63,987 nt of DNA, filler included, from Octopus bimaculoides (GCF_001194135.2; 5 parts of 5 records of this genome joined end to end with filler, not necessarily neighbours in it); one strand, 5' to 3'; counted from the whole stretch's first letter, positions 39,631 to 53,505 are shown. Made by a program: numbers and translations. The notes: generated by a model not told the origin, from the letters alone.

Positions 39631-40519
39631 TATATATATGTGTGTGTCTGCGCGTGTGTGTGTGTGTGCTTACTGTCATGGATTCACACATATTCCTACC
39701 GTTACCACCTGTAACCATCACTTGTATCATCATATTCTCTATATTTCCCCACTTCTTCATCTTCTTTCTCTCTCTCTTTCGTCTGCATTTTCCCCCTTCC
39801 CTCTATCCTCCTCCTTTTTCGTCTCTTATTTCCTCGATCTATTGTTGCGAATAAGAATTCTATCCAAGACCGCAGGGTAAAGTTGTGCTTGTTTGCGCTA
39901 ATATAACCTCTGTTGTGAGGGTCATATATATATATATATATATATANNNNNNNNNNNNNNNNNNNNNNNNNNNNNNNNNNNNNNNNNNNNNNNNNNNNNN
40001 NNNNNNNNNNNNNNNNNNNNNNNNNNNNNNNNNNNNNNNNNNNNNNNNNNNNNNNNNNNNNNNNNNNNNNNNNNNNNNNNNNNNNNNNNNNNNNNNNNNN
40101 NNNNNNNNNNNNNNNNNNNNNNNNNNNNNNNNNNNNNNNNNNNNNNNNNNNNNNNNNNNNNNNNNNNNNNNNNNNNNNNNNNNNNNNNNNNNNNNNNNNN
40201 NNNNNNNNNNNNNNNNNNNNNNNNNNNNNNNNNNNNNNNNNNNNNNNNNNNNNNNNNNNNNNNNNNNNNNNNNNNNNNNNNNNNNNNNNNNNNNNNNNNN
40301 NNNNNNNTGTGTAGATATTGCTGTGCGTGAGTCTTAGTCTGAGTGTTTGTGATAAAGTTTCTATACCTGTGTATCAGACCATATCCACCCGTTCATATAT
40401 ATACCCAGTCGCTATTACTTAGACGAAATCCACTAAACATTTCATTCTGGCTTATTTCAACAAGCCACTCTCTATTAGATCTCGTCATCTTCACGCATTA
40501 CATTTCTTTAGATGAATGC

Positions 40520-40950
40520 AAGTAGGTGGAGCAGCGCCTATAACCCCCTCACAGGCCACCGTCCCACCGTTTGTTACGCTGATAACAGGTTGAATTTAGA
40601 GTGGTTATTGTTCAGTTTGAATTGATGCAGATTATTTGCTGCTGGAACAATGAAGGAAATTAGCAAAGAAGATGTTCCAATGTGTTGTCAGTGGGTGAGA
40701 AGAAACATTTTGTAAATCTTTTATGTTGTTTTGGAGTGTGAGATCGAATAACGTGTAATATGGGTTGATGTGAGAAGGACCAGTAAGTAGGTGTGTGGAA
40801 AGGATTCAGTTTGTTGATAGTTGAACACAGTGGAGTTTGGTTTAGTGTGTAAGGTGTTTCCTGTAGTGTGTAAGGAGTAATTTATTAAATCTGTCAGCCG
40901 CACATCTCCAGACGATGAAAGAAGCTCTGGTTTTCGACTAAAACACAATT
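40520..40950 (-). pseudogene. Decayed Penelope-like RT/linker fragment
   Basis: DVRLTDLINYSLHTTGNTLHTKPN...LLTSTHITRYSISHSKT resembles the PLE motif FLD..I.....L.TKPT...YL...S.HP.....SIP.SQ. Confidence 0.5.
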
Positions 40951-41289
40951 CTCTACCTGAAGTCGGTAGTACACATTAATGATTACTCTACAATATCTCA
41001 CCTCAGCTAGTAAGCAAAAAAACTAAGGAGATGACATCTGTAATCTCAGAAAGATTTCCGTATACTGGATGTCACCTGTTAATTGCGTGGAGACTGAAAT
41101 GCTAGATCAAGGGTTCTGAACCAGTTTTCTTTTCTTTAATATGGACCCTTTCGGTCACTATTTTATTCTGGTGGATTCCCATAGCCATGGGAATTTGTAT
41201 TGGAGTGTAAGAATCTGGCGTAGGAATAATAAAAAGCCTGGTGACATGAGAGAATTGAATTAATTATATACTGTCAACTTTGAGAAATA

Positions 41290-41560
41290 TTATCTCGAAA
41301 GAAATTTCTCGAAAACGAGCAAGTAAACATTTTATGGGACTCGAAAATTCAGAGAGAGACATCGGGGAGAGGAGCTAAGGACCTGCAACACACATGATCA
41401 GATATTGCTAAACCCTACAAAAGCGATCTCCCATCAAAATGCAACATTGCCAAATTAAAAAATATATATAGAGAGAGAGAAAAAAATCTTCAGATCAACA
41501 GGAGCAACATTATTCAGCATATCACAAAAGATTAATAATAACACATAATGTACAAATGGT
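41290..41560 (+). pseudogene. Old R4/Dong-like fragment
   Basis: ENEQVNILWDSKIQRE, the same motif as ENEKATILWDMPIHT at 36880-36920. Confidence 0.6.
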
Positions 41561-41896
41561 TCCTGGACCAATTCCGCTTTGTTCTGCCTGATAAACGAGA
41601 ACCCTGGTATATATTTTGCCAAACGACTATTTAACGAATGAAATTTGATGTCCCAAGATATGATTAGCACACTATTTTAGGAGGCCAAAACGTAAGGAAA
41701 CTGAGTGCCACACACACGTACACACAAACACACACACACACGCACACACACACACGCACAAACACACACACACACACACACACATACACACGTACAAACA
41801 CAAAATGCACAAACGCACGCACGCACACACATACACACACGCATACAGACAAACGTTCTCGCACTCAAATATATCAATCCAAGCATACAGACTCAT

Positions 41897-41966
<70 letters not shown>

Positions 41967-41995
41967 GTGTGAGTGTGTGTGTATGTATGTATGCA

Positions 41996-42033
<38 letters not shown>

Positions 42034-42194
42034 AATGTGTGTGCGTATGTTTGTGTTTGTGTGTGTGAGTGAATGAGTGTTTGTGTCTAGGTGTGGGTCT
42101 GTGTGTGTATGCTTATGTATATTGAAGATAAAAACGTGAGACGTCAGTGATATTTTTAAATTTTATTTTATTTGTCCAACTGCTGTTTCGTTAC

Positions 42195-42207
42195 CTTAAA
42201 CGCAAAC
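42195..42207 (-). CDS. Candidate 13-nt microexon
   Basis: ttattgatcag|GTTTGCGTTTAAG|gtaacg; phase links the 42342-42376 and 30032-30127 candidates. Confidence 0.25.
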
Positions 42208-42341
42208 CTGATCAATAATACACTTTTACATAATTAATATAGAGTTAATCGATGCAGTTGAATGTGACGAAGTGACTTACACATTGCATTCCATTAAAGC
42301 AATCGATTACGCATTAATTATGCAAAAAAAGTAACTTATAC

Positions 42342-42376
42342 CAGCAATGATGTTCGCTATTTGATTATAGAAACAG
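42342..42376 (-). CDS. Candidate 35-nt internal exon
   Basis: Very strong acceptor tttcatttctattcctctacag; donor CTG|GTATAA; only one frame is open: CFYNQIANIIA. Confidence 0.35.
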
Positions 42377-42730
42377 CTGTAGAGGAATAGAAATGAAATT
42401 TTGAAATATCAATATGAGACCTTTTCCTCTTGACTGTTGCAATTATTCTTCCCTCATCATTCGCGTTATCCATTTATAAACCTACGTAAAATGAGTTCAG
42501 CTATGGCTATTGCATTGAAAAAATAATATATTAAATGTTAACATGTTATAGAGGTAGGCTCTTGCATACGTGGAAACATTTTTCTTGCATTTATGTAATA
42601 AAGTATATTTCATGCATGTATATATATGTATATATGTACGAGTATATATGTATCTATATGTGTGTATATATGTATATATAATATATGACATATATACATG
42701 TATATATCATATATATATAATTCTATATAC

Positions 42731-42764
<34 letters not shown>

Positions 42765-43013
42765 NNNNNNNNNNNNNNNNNNNNNNNNNNNNNNNNNNNN
42801 NNNNNNNNNNNNNNNNNNNNNNNNNNNNNNNNNNNNNNNNNNNNNNNNNNNNNNNNNNNNNNNNNNNNNNNNNNNNNNNNNNNNNNNNNNNNNNNNNNNN
42901 NNNNNNNNNNNNNNNNNNNNNNNNNNNNNNNNNNNNNNNNNNNNNNNNNNNNNNNNNNNNNNNNNNNNNNNNNNNNNNNNNNNNNNNNNNNNNNNNNNNN
43001 NNNNNNNNNNNNN

Positions 43014-43053
<40 letters not shown>

Positions 43054-43356
43054 AGATTGATACTACTAAGTTATACCGTGTTGTTTGTATTTCTGACGCA
43101 TATATTTGATTCTAAATTTCGTGTTGAATTCTACAGTAATATTTCAATCGAGGCTTCTCTCTCTCTCTCTCACACACACATACTCACACACGAACAGAGA
43201 GAGAGAGAAGGAGAGAAAGAGCGAGACAAGTAGATAGACAAAGAGACAAAGGGAGAGAGAGAAAGGGAAGAAAGAAGGGAGGTAGGAAAAAGTAGTGAGA
43301 CACATATACACACATACACGCATACAACACATCTTAATCATTTGACCCTACTGCGC

Positions 43357-43408
<52 letters not shown>

Positions 43409-43666
43409 GTGTGTATGTGTGTGTATGTGTGTGTACGTGCGTGTTTGTGTGTGATGCGGGTATGTGTGTATGGTGTGGTTTGTATGTGTGTGTGTGTTTG
43501 TATGTTTTATGAATAAATTTGTTATGAATAAATTTGTGCACGCAATGCGTAGTTGATCATTAGGGTGTACAATGTAATTGTGCACCATACGTCTTCATAC
43601 ACGCTCCTACATATAGCCACATATACACACTCACACACATACACACATATATATACACAAACTCGC

Positions 43667-43703
<37 letters not shown>

Positions 43704-43803
43704 NNNNNNNNNNNNNNNNNNNNNNNNNNNNNNNNNNNNNNNNNNNNTTAATTAATTAANNNNNNNNNNNNNNNNNNNNNNNNNNNNNNNNNNNNNNNNN
43801 NNN
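43704..43803. other. Artificial scaffold-join linker
   Basis: 44N-TTAATTAATTAA-44N. Confidence 0.95.
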
Positions 43804-44235
43804 GGAGGAGTGGATGGGAGGAGGAGGGGAGGAGGAGGAGGAGGAGGAGATTTGTTCGGAATGTATAGAGCGGGACTAAGTACGATTAAACACCAGTGGC
43901 TTTGTTAAGTAAAAACAAAAACAAAAAATGAGTAGTATTACTGTTGGTATTGATGATGCTGATGATGAGGAGAGGGCGGAGGAGGGGCAAGAGGATGATG
44001 GTGATGGTGACGATGATACAGTGGCTCTTTCATTGGCTCATTCATTATTTGTGATTGCAGTGGTGGCGGCGGCGGCGGTGGTAGTGGTGGTGGTGGTGGT
44101 GGTGTTTCGGGTGGCGCCGGTAAAGTGCGACGAGAAAGGTGAAGCATATAATAATTCATGTATAATACATATACGCGTACACACGCGCGCACACACACAT
44201 GCACACACGCTCACACTCACACATACACACACACA

Positions 44236-44273
<38 letters not shown>

Positions 44274-44472
44274 NNNNNNNNNNCGCATGTGTGTGTGTGT
44301 GTGTGCATATATATATATGTGCATACAAATACATGTGTACATAAATGTATATATATATATTCATATATATATATATGTGTGTATGTATGTCCATATACAC
44401 ATATATGTACATACATACACACACATACATATATATTTGCACATATACATATGTACATATACATATACATAC

Positions 44473-44519
<47 letters not shown>

Positions 44520-44625
44520 CACANNNNNNNNNNNNNNNNNNNNNNNNNNNNNNNNNNNNNNNNNNNNNNNNNNNNNNNNNNNNNNNNNNNNNNNNNNNNN
44601 NNNNNNNNNNNNNNNNNNNNNNNNN

Positions 44626-44675
<50 letters not shown>

Positions 44676-44831
44676 GTGTTTATGTGTGAATGTGTTTGCG
44701 TGTATATATCGCGTGATTCATTAGAGAAAAGAAAAGAATGTCAGGTCCTGTGCACTTAAGTGTTTGTATTGTGTGTGTGTATGTGTGTGTGTGCACGTGT
44801 GTATGTGTGTGTGTGGAATGTGATTGTATGA

Positions 44832-44874
<43 letters not shown>

Positions 44875-45004
44875 GTGCGCGATATAAAGGCGGGTGGGTG
44901 GGGTAGAACAGCAAGGTAGAGTGTACTAAAGAATATCCGTGGCTATGGGTAGGAATGGTTTGCAAGAAGAGCAAACAATAAAACAGAAACGACTTAAATA
45001 AATA

Positions 45005-45034
45005 AATAGAGAAAGAAAGGAAGGAAGAAAGGAA

Positions 45035-45099
<65 letters not shown>

Positions 45100-45230
45100 G
45101 AAAAAAGAAAGAAAGAAAGAAAGAAAGAAGGAAAGAAAGGAAGGAAGGAAGGAAGAAAGGAAGGAAGGAAGAAAGGAAGGAAGAAAGAAAGAAAGGAAGG
45201 AAGGAAGAAAGAAAGGAAGGAAGGAAGGAA

Positions 45231-45261
<31 letters not shown>

Positions 45262-45323
45262 GGAGNNNNNNNNNNNNNNNGAAGGAAGAAAGAAAGAAAG
45301 GAAGGAAGGAAGGAAGGAAGGAA

Positions 45324-45372
<49 letters not shown>

Positions 45373-45503
45373 GAAAAAAGAAAGAAAGAAAGAAAGAAAG
45401 AAGGAAAGAAAGGAAGGAAGGAAGGAAGAAAGGAAGGAAGGAAGAAAGGAAGGAAGAAAGAAAGAAAGGAAGGAAGGAAGAAAGAAAGGAAGGAAGGAAG
45501 GAA

Positions 45504-45534
<31 letters not shown>

Positions 45535-45835
45535 GGAGAGAAAGGAAGGAAGAAACAAACAAACAAACAAACAAAGGAAGGAAGGAAGGAAGAAAGGAAG
45601 GAAGAAAGAAAGAAAGAAAGAAAGAAATACCGAATGGAGAAAAGCGAATGATTGAATGAATGAATGAATGAATGAATGAATGGATGGAGGGATGAATGAA
45701 AGAATGGATGAGTAAATGATGGGAAGGAAGGAAGGAAGGAAGGAAGGAACGAACGAACGAACGAACGAACGAAGGGAGGGAGTGATGGAGGGATTGAGGG
45801 GGAGGGCAGGAGGGAGGAGGGAAAGAAGGAAGGAA

Positions 45836-45873
<38 letters not shown>

Positions 45874-45874
45874 C

Positions 45875-45913
<39 letters not shown>

Positions 45914-46052
45914 AAAAAAGAAAGAAATAAAGAGAGAAAGAAAGAAAGAGAGAAAGAAAGAAAGGGAGAAAGAAATAAAGAGAGAAAGAAAGAAAGAAAG
46001 AAAGGAAGGAAGGAAGGAAGGAAGGAAGGAAGGAAGGAAGGAAGGAAGGAAG
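45005..46052. repeat. (GAAA)n/(GGAA)n polypurine satellite, about 1 kb; a second field lies at about 47600-48260
   Basis: Direct reading; an internal ~260-bp block is duplicated across the short N gap at 45266-45280. Confidence 0.95.
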
Positions 46053-46069
46053 GTCTTCCAAATCGTATC

Positions 46070-46825
46070 TAGATACAGTATTTTGTAGGCCGGTAGTTAG
46101 AAGTAGTATAAGTCGTCCACGTTTCAAGGTCGTCGACTACACGGACCATAAATTTGTGATCTGTACGGTAGACAGATATAAGATCCCATAGTCATGGCCC
46201 CAGATACTGAGAAATTTCCGGGGCCGGGATGGTCTGCCCTTCGAGCTTTCTTTTTATATGCCAGAGTTGTTCGGTGGTCTTTCGGAAGACATCTACCACA
46301 ACTGGCAGCAGAACAGGAGAATTCCCAGTGCTGTGAGCCATGGAGTGGTGGTGCTGTTGAGGAAGGCTCTGAAAAAAGGGAGACAAAATTGATAATTGTT
46401 CGGGGTCTGGATTTGTCCAGACCTCCAGGTGGACAAGAACTGGGGGGAGATGATGAGCAAGGTAGCCAATCTCACCCAGAAATGAGCAGAGAGGAAGCTG
46501 TCCCAGAAGGGTCGGGTGGAGGTGACGAATGCGCACATCGCTTCCGTCATCTACTACCTCCTGACTATCGTCCTAGCCCTATTTTGTGCCTGATAAAGTT
46601 GGAGAGCTTGTTCTTCCACTTTCTATGAAAAGGACGTGTTTCTTTCGTCAGACGGTCCATCTGCTGTCAACAGCTGCTGAGTGGAGGACTGGTAATGCCG
46701 TGGCTAGTGATACTCAGACATGCGTTGAGGCTGCAACATCTCCAGCGTTTCCTTAACGATGAGCAGGTGTGGTTGCTGTTCGTCAAAAGGAGCTTTCTGC
46801 AGCTTGTCTCTTTGACGGAGCCCTG
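46070..46825 (+). pseudogene. Tx1/L1-like LINE remnant with two large internal deletions
   Basis: APE end (YTDHKFVIC), RT start (PGPGWSALR / DGLPFELF...VSHGVVVLLRK) and post-RT region (AERKLSQKGRVEV..HIASVIYYLL...KLESLFFHFL...GGLVMPWL) are juxtaposed within 750 bp. Confidence 0.8.
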
Positions 46826-46917
46826 GGGTCGAAGTAATCGATTGGCCCTGAAAATTGCTGATGTTGTGCCAAAATTTGAAACTATTATTTATTACAGTGT
46901 CCTTTATTCGTTTAGAT

Positions 46918-47233
46918 CAGTGGTTCTCAACCAGGGTCCATATAGCCCCTGAGGGTTCATATAATGTTGGGGGGGGGGCAAGGGGTCCACACAACAAGAT
47001 AGTAAATTGAGGATCCACAATATTTTTTGAAGAGCTCCTGAAAAAACTTGCTTTAGATGTGTGTATTGGTATGTATTGCAAGAGACAGCTAGGATTCTTT
47101 CTCTGACATTTTACATGGTTCAACCTACCCAAGTTAATGTGTGAAAAACAAAATAGGAATTTTGAAAGATGTTTCTGTAAAACTAGTTTTTGAACATCGA
47201 ATGGCTATGGGGATCCATAGGGATGAAATAGTA
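46918..47233. mobile_element. hAT (Charlie-like) MITE, right end lost in the gap
   Basis: Begins CAGTGGTTCTCAACC after GTTTAGAT (Charlie-type target); second TIR not visible. Confidence 0.65.
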
Positions 47234-47600
47234 ANNNNNNNNNNNNNNNNNNNNNNNNNNNNNNNNNNNNNNNNNNNNNNNNNNNNNNNNNNNNNNNNNN
47301 NNNNNNNNNNNNNNNNNNNNNNNNNNNNNNNNNNNNNNNNNNNNNNNNNNNNNNNNNNNNNNNNNNNNNNNNNNNNNNNNNNNNNNNNNNNNNNNNNNNN
47401 NNNNNNNNNNCACCAGAAGAGAAAATTTGAAGCTATATACCAATGAAAGATTCCCGCCCGAAACGAGAAATAGTTCCTCGACTCATGGCTAATTAACATT
47501 CTTTGTGTTGTATTTTAACAGGAGCAAATTACCATCTGCTTTCTTGAATTTTGGTTTCTTTATATATCAGATTGCTTCTGAGATGCTTACAGACGAGGAA

Positions 47601-47678
<78 letters not shown>

Positions 47679-47764
47679 ATGAAAGAAAGAAAGAATGAAT
47701 GAATGAATGCAAGAAAGACAGACAAGAAAGAAGGAAAGAAAAATAAAAAGAACGAATGATAAAT

Positions 47765-47809
<45 letters not shown>

Positions 47810-47945
47810 AAAGAAAGAATGCAAGAAAGATAGACGAAAAGGAAGGAAAGAAAATAAAAAGAATGAATCATAAATGAAGAAAAAAGAAAGAAAGAAAGAT
47901 AAATTAAAGAATTAAAGAAGAAAAATAGAAAGGAGGAAAGGAAAT

Positions 47946-47977
<32 letters not shown>

Positions 47978-48604
47978 CAAACAAACAAACAAAAGGCGGA
48001 AGGGAAGATATAAACACATAAACGAGAGAAAGGAAGAAGTAAAAGAAAAAATGAATGAAAGAGAGAGAAACGTGTTAATGAAAGATGAAAATGTGGAGGA
48101 AGAATAATTAGTAATTATAAAAATTAAAAACAAGAAAAAAAAAGAGGAAGGAAAATGAAAATTAATGGAAGAAAAATAAACAAGAAAGAAAAACAAAAGG
48201 AAACGAAAAAAGAAAAACAAAACAAAAGCAAATAAAGAAAATGACACAAAACAGTCATATACATACACACACACATATATATATATGTATATACACACAC
48301 ATATATATGAACCCTTCAAGACAGTACACCAGCATGGCCGCTGTTCAACATGGCTTTAAAAAAAACGGTAAGTAAATAAAACACAAGAAAGACAGTTTCC
48401 CGATCTCTTTTGTTAAGTATTGCCTTAGGATCAGTGCCAAAGGTGAGTAAATAAAGAAACTTCCAGGTAAAAATAATATAAGAAAGGAAGAAGAGCTCGT
48501 TCGTTTGTTTGTATGTTTGTTTGTTTGGGGTTTTTTTTTTTCGTTTTTCTTTATTTTGTTTTCTTTGTTTCCAAAATTCTTTTGTTGCGTGCCAAATGTC
48601 ATTA

Positions 48605-48795
48605 GAAACGGCGAGTTGATAGAATCGGACGAAATGCTTAGTGGCATTTCTTTCGGTTTTATGTTCTGAGTTCAAATTCTGCTGAGGTTGATTTTGCCCT
48701 TCGTCCTTTCGAGGTCGATGAAATAGAATATCAGTCAAGTACTGGGGGTCGATGTAATCAACTTGTCTGCTTCCCTCAAAATTTCTGGCCATGAA
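48605..48795 (+). mobile_element. SINE family A copy
   Basis: acggcgagttgatagaatcggacgaaatgcttagtggc...ttcgtcctttcgaggtcgatgaaa. Confidence 0.85.
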
Positions 48796-49038
48796 ACCTG
48801 TAACGGACAAGCGTCCCGTCCAGAGGGAATCTTGTGATCTCGGCTCCGTCGCTTATACACCATGGAATACCAAGTAAGCGGCCTCATGAGTTCATACCGG
48901 CCTTATGAGTCCAAAAACTGAAGAAAAATATCTCATTAGAGTAAATGATAAAGTTCCTGGTAAACAAAGGTCTGCGAAACGTTTTCGATTCCTAGATGGA
49001 CGCTGGCGTAGATAGCCAAGTTGTGTTTCCCTTGGCAA

Positions 49039-49095
49039 TGTGGAGGCGCAATGGCCCAGTGGTTAGGGCAGCGGACTCGCGATCATAGGATCGCT
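49039..49095 (+). mobile_element. SINE family C head only (3'-truncated)
   Basis: Nearly identical to 13089-13145. Confidence 0.85.
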
Positions 49096-50759
49096 TTACA
49101 TACATCCCGGATCAATAAATAATTACCGAGAGTGAAGGATTGGCGAAATCGTTGGAGTCTTCGGACCGGATACCTTGCGGTATTTGTTCTGGCTCTTTGT
49201 GTTTTGAGTTCGAATCCCGCTACGGCCTACTTAGGTGGTAGACTCAGTACACCACCCTGTTTAATACCGCCACCTGGTCATTGGGTATCTTTTAGCGGAG
49301 TCCTTTCTGTTGCAAATATTCAAGCCAGGATACATACCTTGCTCCCTTCAGTTTTCGGAGGCCCTTAACAGAGTCATAGCAACTCTTCTTACTTCTTGAA
49401 TAAGCAATAAAAAAAGTTTAGGTACAAAGAGAAGCGGAACATATCACTCATACCGGCCCTAGTACTTTGGTGTCACTTATTTTATCGACCTAATCCGTCC
49501 CCGAAAACATGAAACAGACCTCAATGAGGTTCGAACTCCGACCGTAAAGTAATTTAACTAAATACGATATGGTGTTTGGTCTGATGCTCTGCCGATTCTA
49601 CCAATCCAACTTCCTGTCAAAAATTCGGCATTAAAAAAGAAAATACACAAAATTGCAGCAAAGCTGCATGATAGTGTGTTCAGGCCGCCATACTCCAACC
49701 TCTTATCTAGAAGCATGCTGCGTCCTCTCACTAACTTTTCTACTACTACTACTACAATGGCCCCTGTTCTTCGGAGATGACTGATTCTATGCCATTTCTA
49801 TTTACCCACACCCGATTCAGCTAACTCTTCTGACTGCATCACACGCATTGTATCTATCCCAGGCCTTGTATCAACCACTACAACAACCAATCCTTCTGCC
49901 TCAAACCACCGATACTCTGGAAATCTGACTGGAATTTTTCTCTTGCAAACACGACAAGTTCCTCACGAAGAACACGAACCACGTTGATTTCACTGGTCTC
50001 GGCGGAGATTGTAAAGGCAATGAAACCTAATTAAAAAAGCAAATAAGAAAACTGCAATTAGTTTCAGCCGGAAACATGGGCCCTCCCTTCAAAATTCATT
50101 TAACCAAAAAAAAAAAAAAAAAAAAGAAAATAACTGATGCAGCTGTATATGAAAACAAATATGTGCGCGGGTGTGTGTGTGAAACAAACAGAATCTTTTG
50201 ATGCATTAATTCGCACCATACAGATCAGATAGACTGAGAAGGTTTTAAGATAAATATTATGTTTCAGAATTTTAATTAATTTGAGTAACTATCAATCCTG
50301 TTAACTGATNNNNNNNNNNNNNNNNNNNNNNNNNNNNNNNNNNNNNNNNNNNNNNNNNNNNNNNNNNNNNNNNNNNNNNNNNNNNNNNNNNNNNNNNNNN
50401 NNNNNNNNNNNNNNNNNNNNNNNNNNNNNNNNNNNNNNNNNNNNNNNNNNNNNNNNNNNNNNNNNNNNNNNNNNNNNNNNNNNNNNNNNNNNNNNNNNNN
50501 NNNNNNNNNNNNNNNNNNNNNNNNNNNNNNNNNTATATATATCGTTGTTTTCGTAAAGATGTAAAGCTGTTTTCAAGGTATTTTATTTATCGTAACTTTT
50601 ATTTTGTTTCAGTTATTGGACAGCCCCCATGCTTGGGTACCTCTTTGAAAGTTTTTTTTTTTATTATCATTATTCTAGCGAATCTACTCCAGTACTTACT
50701 TTTTGTAAAGCCTGGTACCATTCGATATCTTTAAAACAGATAGAAGCGTCTAAGCAGAT

Positions 50760-51215
50760 TTAAGTAGCTCTTGTATATCTTCCCTCTAAGCACTAATCTT
50801 ACCAAAACCTGACTTGCATCTAAGACATGCTTCCCTAACAAGCTAGATGTGCCCACAAAAGTCTCTTATCTGAAGAAGTATAGGCGTCCTGCTACCGTTG
50901 GAATAGCCGACTCCCAGCTTCAAGGATTCATCTTGACTGCTATTCTTGTCTAGAACTACCGACATAGGCTATGAATCTTAAAAAATCGTCCTTACTTCGA
51001 GATATAGGTTTTCCTGAACAACACAGCTGTTACGCGACCTAAACAGACATGAAGAAGCATATATATAACCCCGTATTCAGTTAAGAGATGTGCGAATGAT
51101 TCCGTGTCGAAAGCACTAGTCTCGTTGTTGGATACCACATCTATGTTCAGTGACCCGGTATAGTTCAGAGGTTGGCCCTTTTCCCCATCTCCCAAGCCAC
51201 GAACATTCAAACAGT
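50760..51215 (-). pseudogene. Tx1/L1-like APE endonuclease N-terminal remnant
   Basis: NVRGLGDGEKG...LNIDVVSNNETS resembles the APE motifs NVRGL and DI..LQET. Confidence 0.65.
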
Positions 51216-51289
51216 TAATCTTAAATTCTACTATTGTTGAAATTGAAATAAAAAGATAATTATGTAAAGTAAGACACTATGAAATATTG

Positions 51290-51482
51290 GTTTCAAATTT
51301 GCGGGGAGGGGCAAGTCGATTACGTCGACCCTAGTACTCAACTGGTATCTTTCTCATCAACAGCGAAAGGATGAAAGGCAAAGTTGACATCGGCGGAATT
51401 TGAACTCAAAGCATGAAGACGGACGAAATGCCGCAAAGCATTTTGCCCGGCATGCTAATGATTCTGTCAGTTTGCCACCTTA
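51290..51482 (-). mobile_element. SINE family A copy
   Basis: gaaaggatgaaaggcaaagttgacatcggcggaatttgaactc...ctgtcagtttgccacctta. Confidence 0.9.
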
Positions 51483-52408
51483 AAGGAACCATGAAATATT
51501 AGGAAGTTATCTGACAGCAACGTTCTCACAAATTGTTGTTTTTATTTATTCGTAAATTTCATTATTTGTAGGCTGTTCTTTTAGCAATCTCTAAAATTCT
51601 TGGATTTGGAGAAAAGTCCTTTCATTTCCTTCCTCATAAATAAAGTAAAATTTTTCACCACTATCCCCCACCACACAAACATTTTTTTTTTCCTCGGTTC
51701 CTACGTCAACTTCAAGTTGAGGATAGCCGCCCTTCTGTGTGTATAGGCTGAAGAAAAGAGCGAGATTAAGGTTACCGATACGAAGTCATTCGCTCATCGC
51801 TTAGCTAAATATGAGGAGAACACAACCTGAACCGACACTTCCAGTCGATTTAGGTTATACAAGTGACTGTGCTGTTAAGGGAAAGCCAAGACGCGATNNN
51901 NNNNNNNNNNNNNNNNNNNNNNNNNNNNNNNNNNNNNNNNNNNNNNNNNNNNNNNNNNNNNNNNNNNNNNNNNNNNNNNNNNNNNNNNNNNNNNNNNNNN
52001 NNNNNNNNNNNNNNNNNNNNNNNNNNNNNNNNNNNNNNNNNNNNNNNNNNNNNNNNNNNNNNNNNNNNNNNNNNNNNNNNNNNNNNNNNNNNNNNNNNNN
52101 NNNNNNNNNNNNNNNNNNNNNNNNNNNNNNNNNNNNNNNNNNNNNNNNNNNNNNNNNNNNNNNNNNNNNNNNNNNNNNNNNNNNNNNNNNNNNNNNNNNN
52201 NNNNNNNNNNNNNNNNNNNNNNNNNNNNNNNNNNNNNNNNNNNNNNNNNNNNNNNNNNNNNNNNNNNNNNNNNNNNNNNNNNNNNNNNNNNNNNNNNNNN
52301 NNNNNNNNNNNNNNNNNNNNNNNNNNNNNNNNNNNNNNNNNNNNNNNNNNNNNNNNNNNNNNNNNNNNNNNNNNNNNNNNNNNNNNNNNNNNNNNNNNNN
52401 NNNNNNNN

Positions 52409-52487
<79 letters not shown>

Positions 52488-52759
52488 CATATATAACGAA
52501 AACAAAAAATGGAACAAGAATGTAACAGGTGACAACAAAATATTCGGACAATAGATGATACAAAAAAGGACAGGAAGAAACAAGGACGGGACATTCGAAG
52601 CTTTCAATCTTCAGTCGAGAAGCAGATCATCCCTGCAGTTTCGGCCGGTTAATCTTGAGACCGCTCTAATCTGGCCGGCCCCAAGGAAATCTAAGCTAAG
52701 AGCTTAATGTTGGACGAATAAGAAGTGCTCAATACATGTTACAGGGGATATCGTTTGTG

Positions 52760-52905
52760 TGCGTGTGTGCGTTTCGGCAAAAGACACCGACAGAATAAAT
52801 ACTAGGCTCAAAAAAATAAGCCCTGGGGTTGATTTGTTCGACTAAAATCTTTCAAGGCGGTGCTCCAGCATGACCGCAGTCTGAAACATGTAAAAGAATA
52901 AAAGA
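52760..52905 (+). mobile_element. SINE family B 3' tail (other tails at about 55230-55420 +, 55680-55820 -, 59600-59780 -)
   Basis: ttcggcaaaagacaccgacagaataaatactaggc...ggcggtgctccagcatgaccgcag. Confidence 0.8.
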
Positions 52906-53289
52906 GTATGTTTCGCCTTTGTCTATACGGCGATTTTTCCCATCACAATTTCCTTCTGCGGTAGCTTTCAGTTAGTTTTCCGATATCTTTTGAACAATCA
53001 CTTAAAATTACAAAAGACAGTTGTTGAGGCAGCCATTTTTTAAATAACGTCAAATGCTTTTTCGTCGACGCTGCTTAACTGTGAAGCTGTTTCATTGAGG
53101 ATAGGTTTCTCCTTAGCAATCTTAATTACTTGGGGAAGGACAAATGAAGAATTTAGAAAGCATATGATGCCAGCCATAGCCCAAAGTGTTAGCGGCATTC
53201 ATTAGCGGTGTTGTTTCTCTCAGTGTTAGCCATGTTAGTTCAAGAAAGATTCTAAATGTTGGGAGATGTCTTAAACAATGCATAGTGAA

Positions 53290-53505
53290 TATCGGCTTCA
53301 GACTTTAGCACAATGCCAGGGATCTCGGGGGAGGGGTTGAGGCCATTACATCGACCCCAGTACTCAACTGGTATTTATTTTATCGACCCCTAAAGAATGA
53401 AAGGCAAAGCCGACCTCGCCGGAATTTGAACTCAAAATGTAAATACGGACGAAATGCCGTTATGCATTTTGCCCAAATGCTTACGATTCTGCCAGCTCGC
53501 CACCT
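53290..53505 (-). mobile_element. SINE family A copy
   Basis: tttatcgacccctaaagaatgaaaggcaaagccgacctcgccggaatttgaactc...ctgccagctcgccacctt. Confidence 0.9.

Noticed and set aside
41002-41093. Minus-strand exon with donor GAG|GTGAGA
   Set aside because: All frames contain stops with each of three possible acceptors.
44756-46127. Long Phe/Leu/Ser-rich and Lys/Glu/Arg-rich ORFs
   Set aside because: Translations of the (GAAA)n/(GGAA)n satellite.
49850-50023. Minus-strand exon candidate (FIAFTISAETSEINVVRVLREE...)
   Set aside because: Good acceptor, but the frame stops without a strong donor and its position does not fit the exon chain; unsupported.
51707-51749. 43-nt minus-strand exon candidate
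   Set aside because: Two frames are open and the donor is weak; indistinguishable from a pseudo-exon.
52575-52625. Hammerhead-like CTGAAGA on the minus strand
   Set aside because: No GAAA at the required position in this copy.
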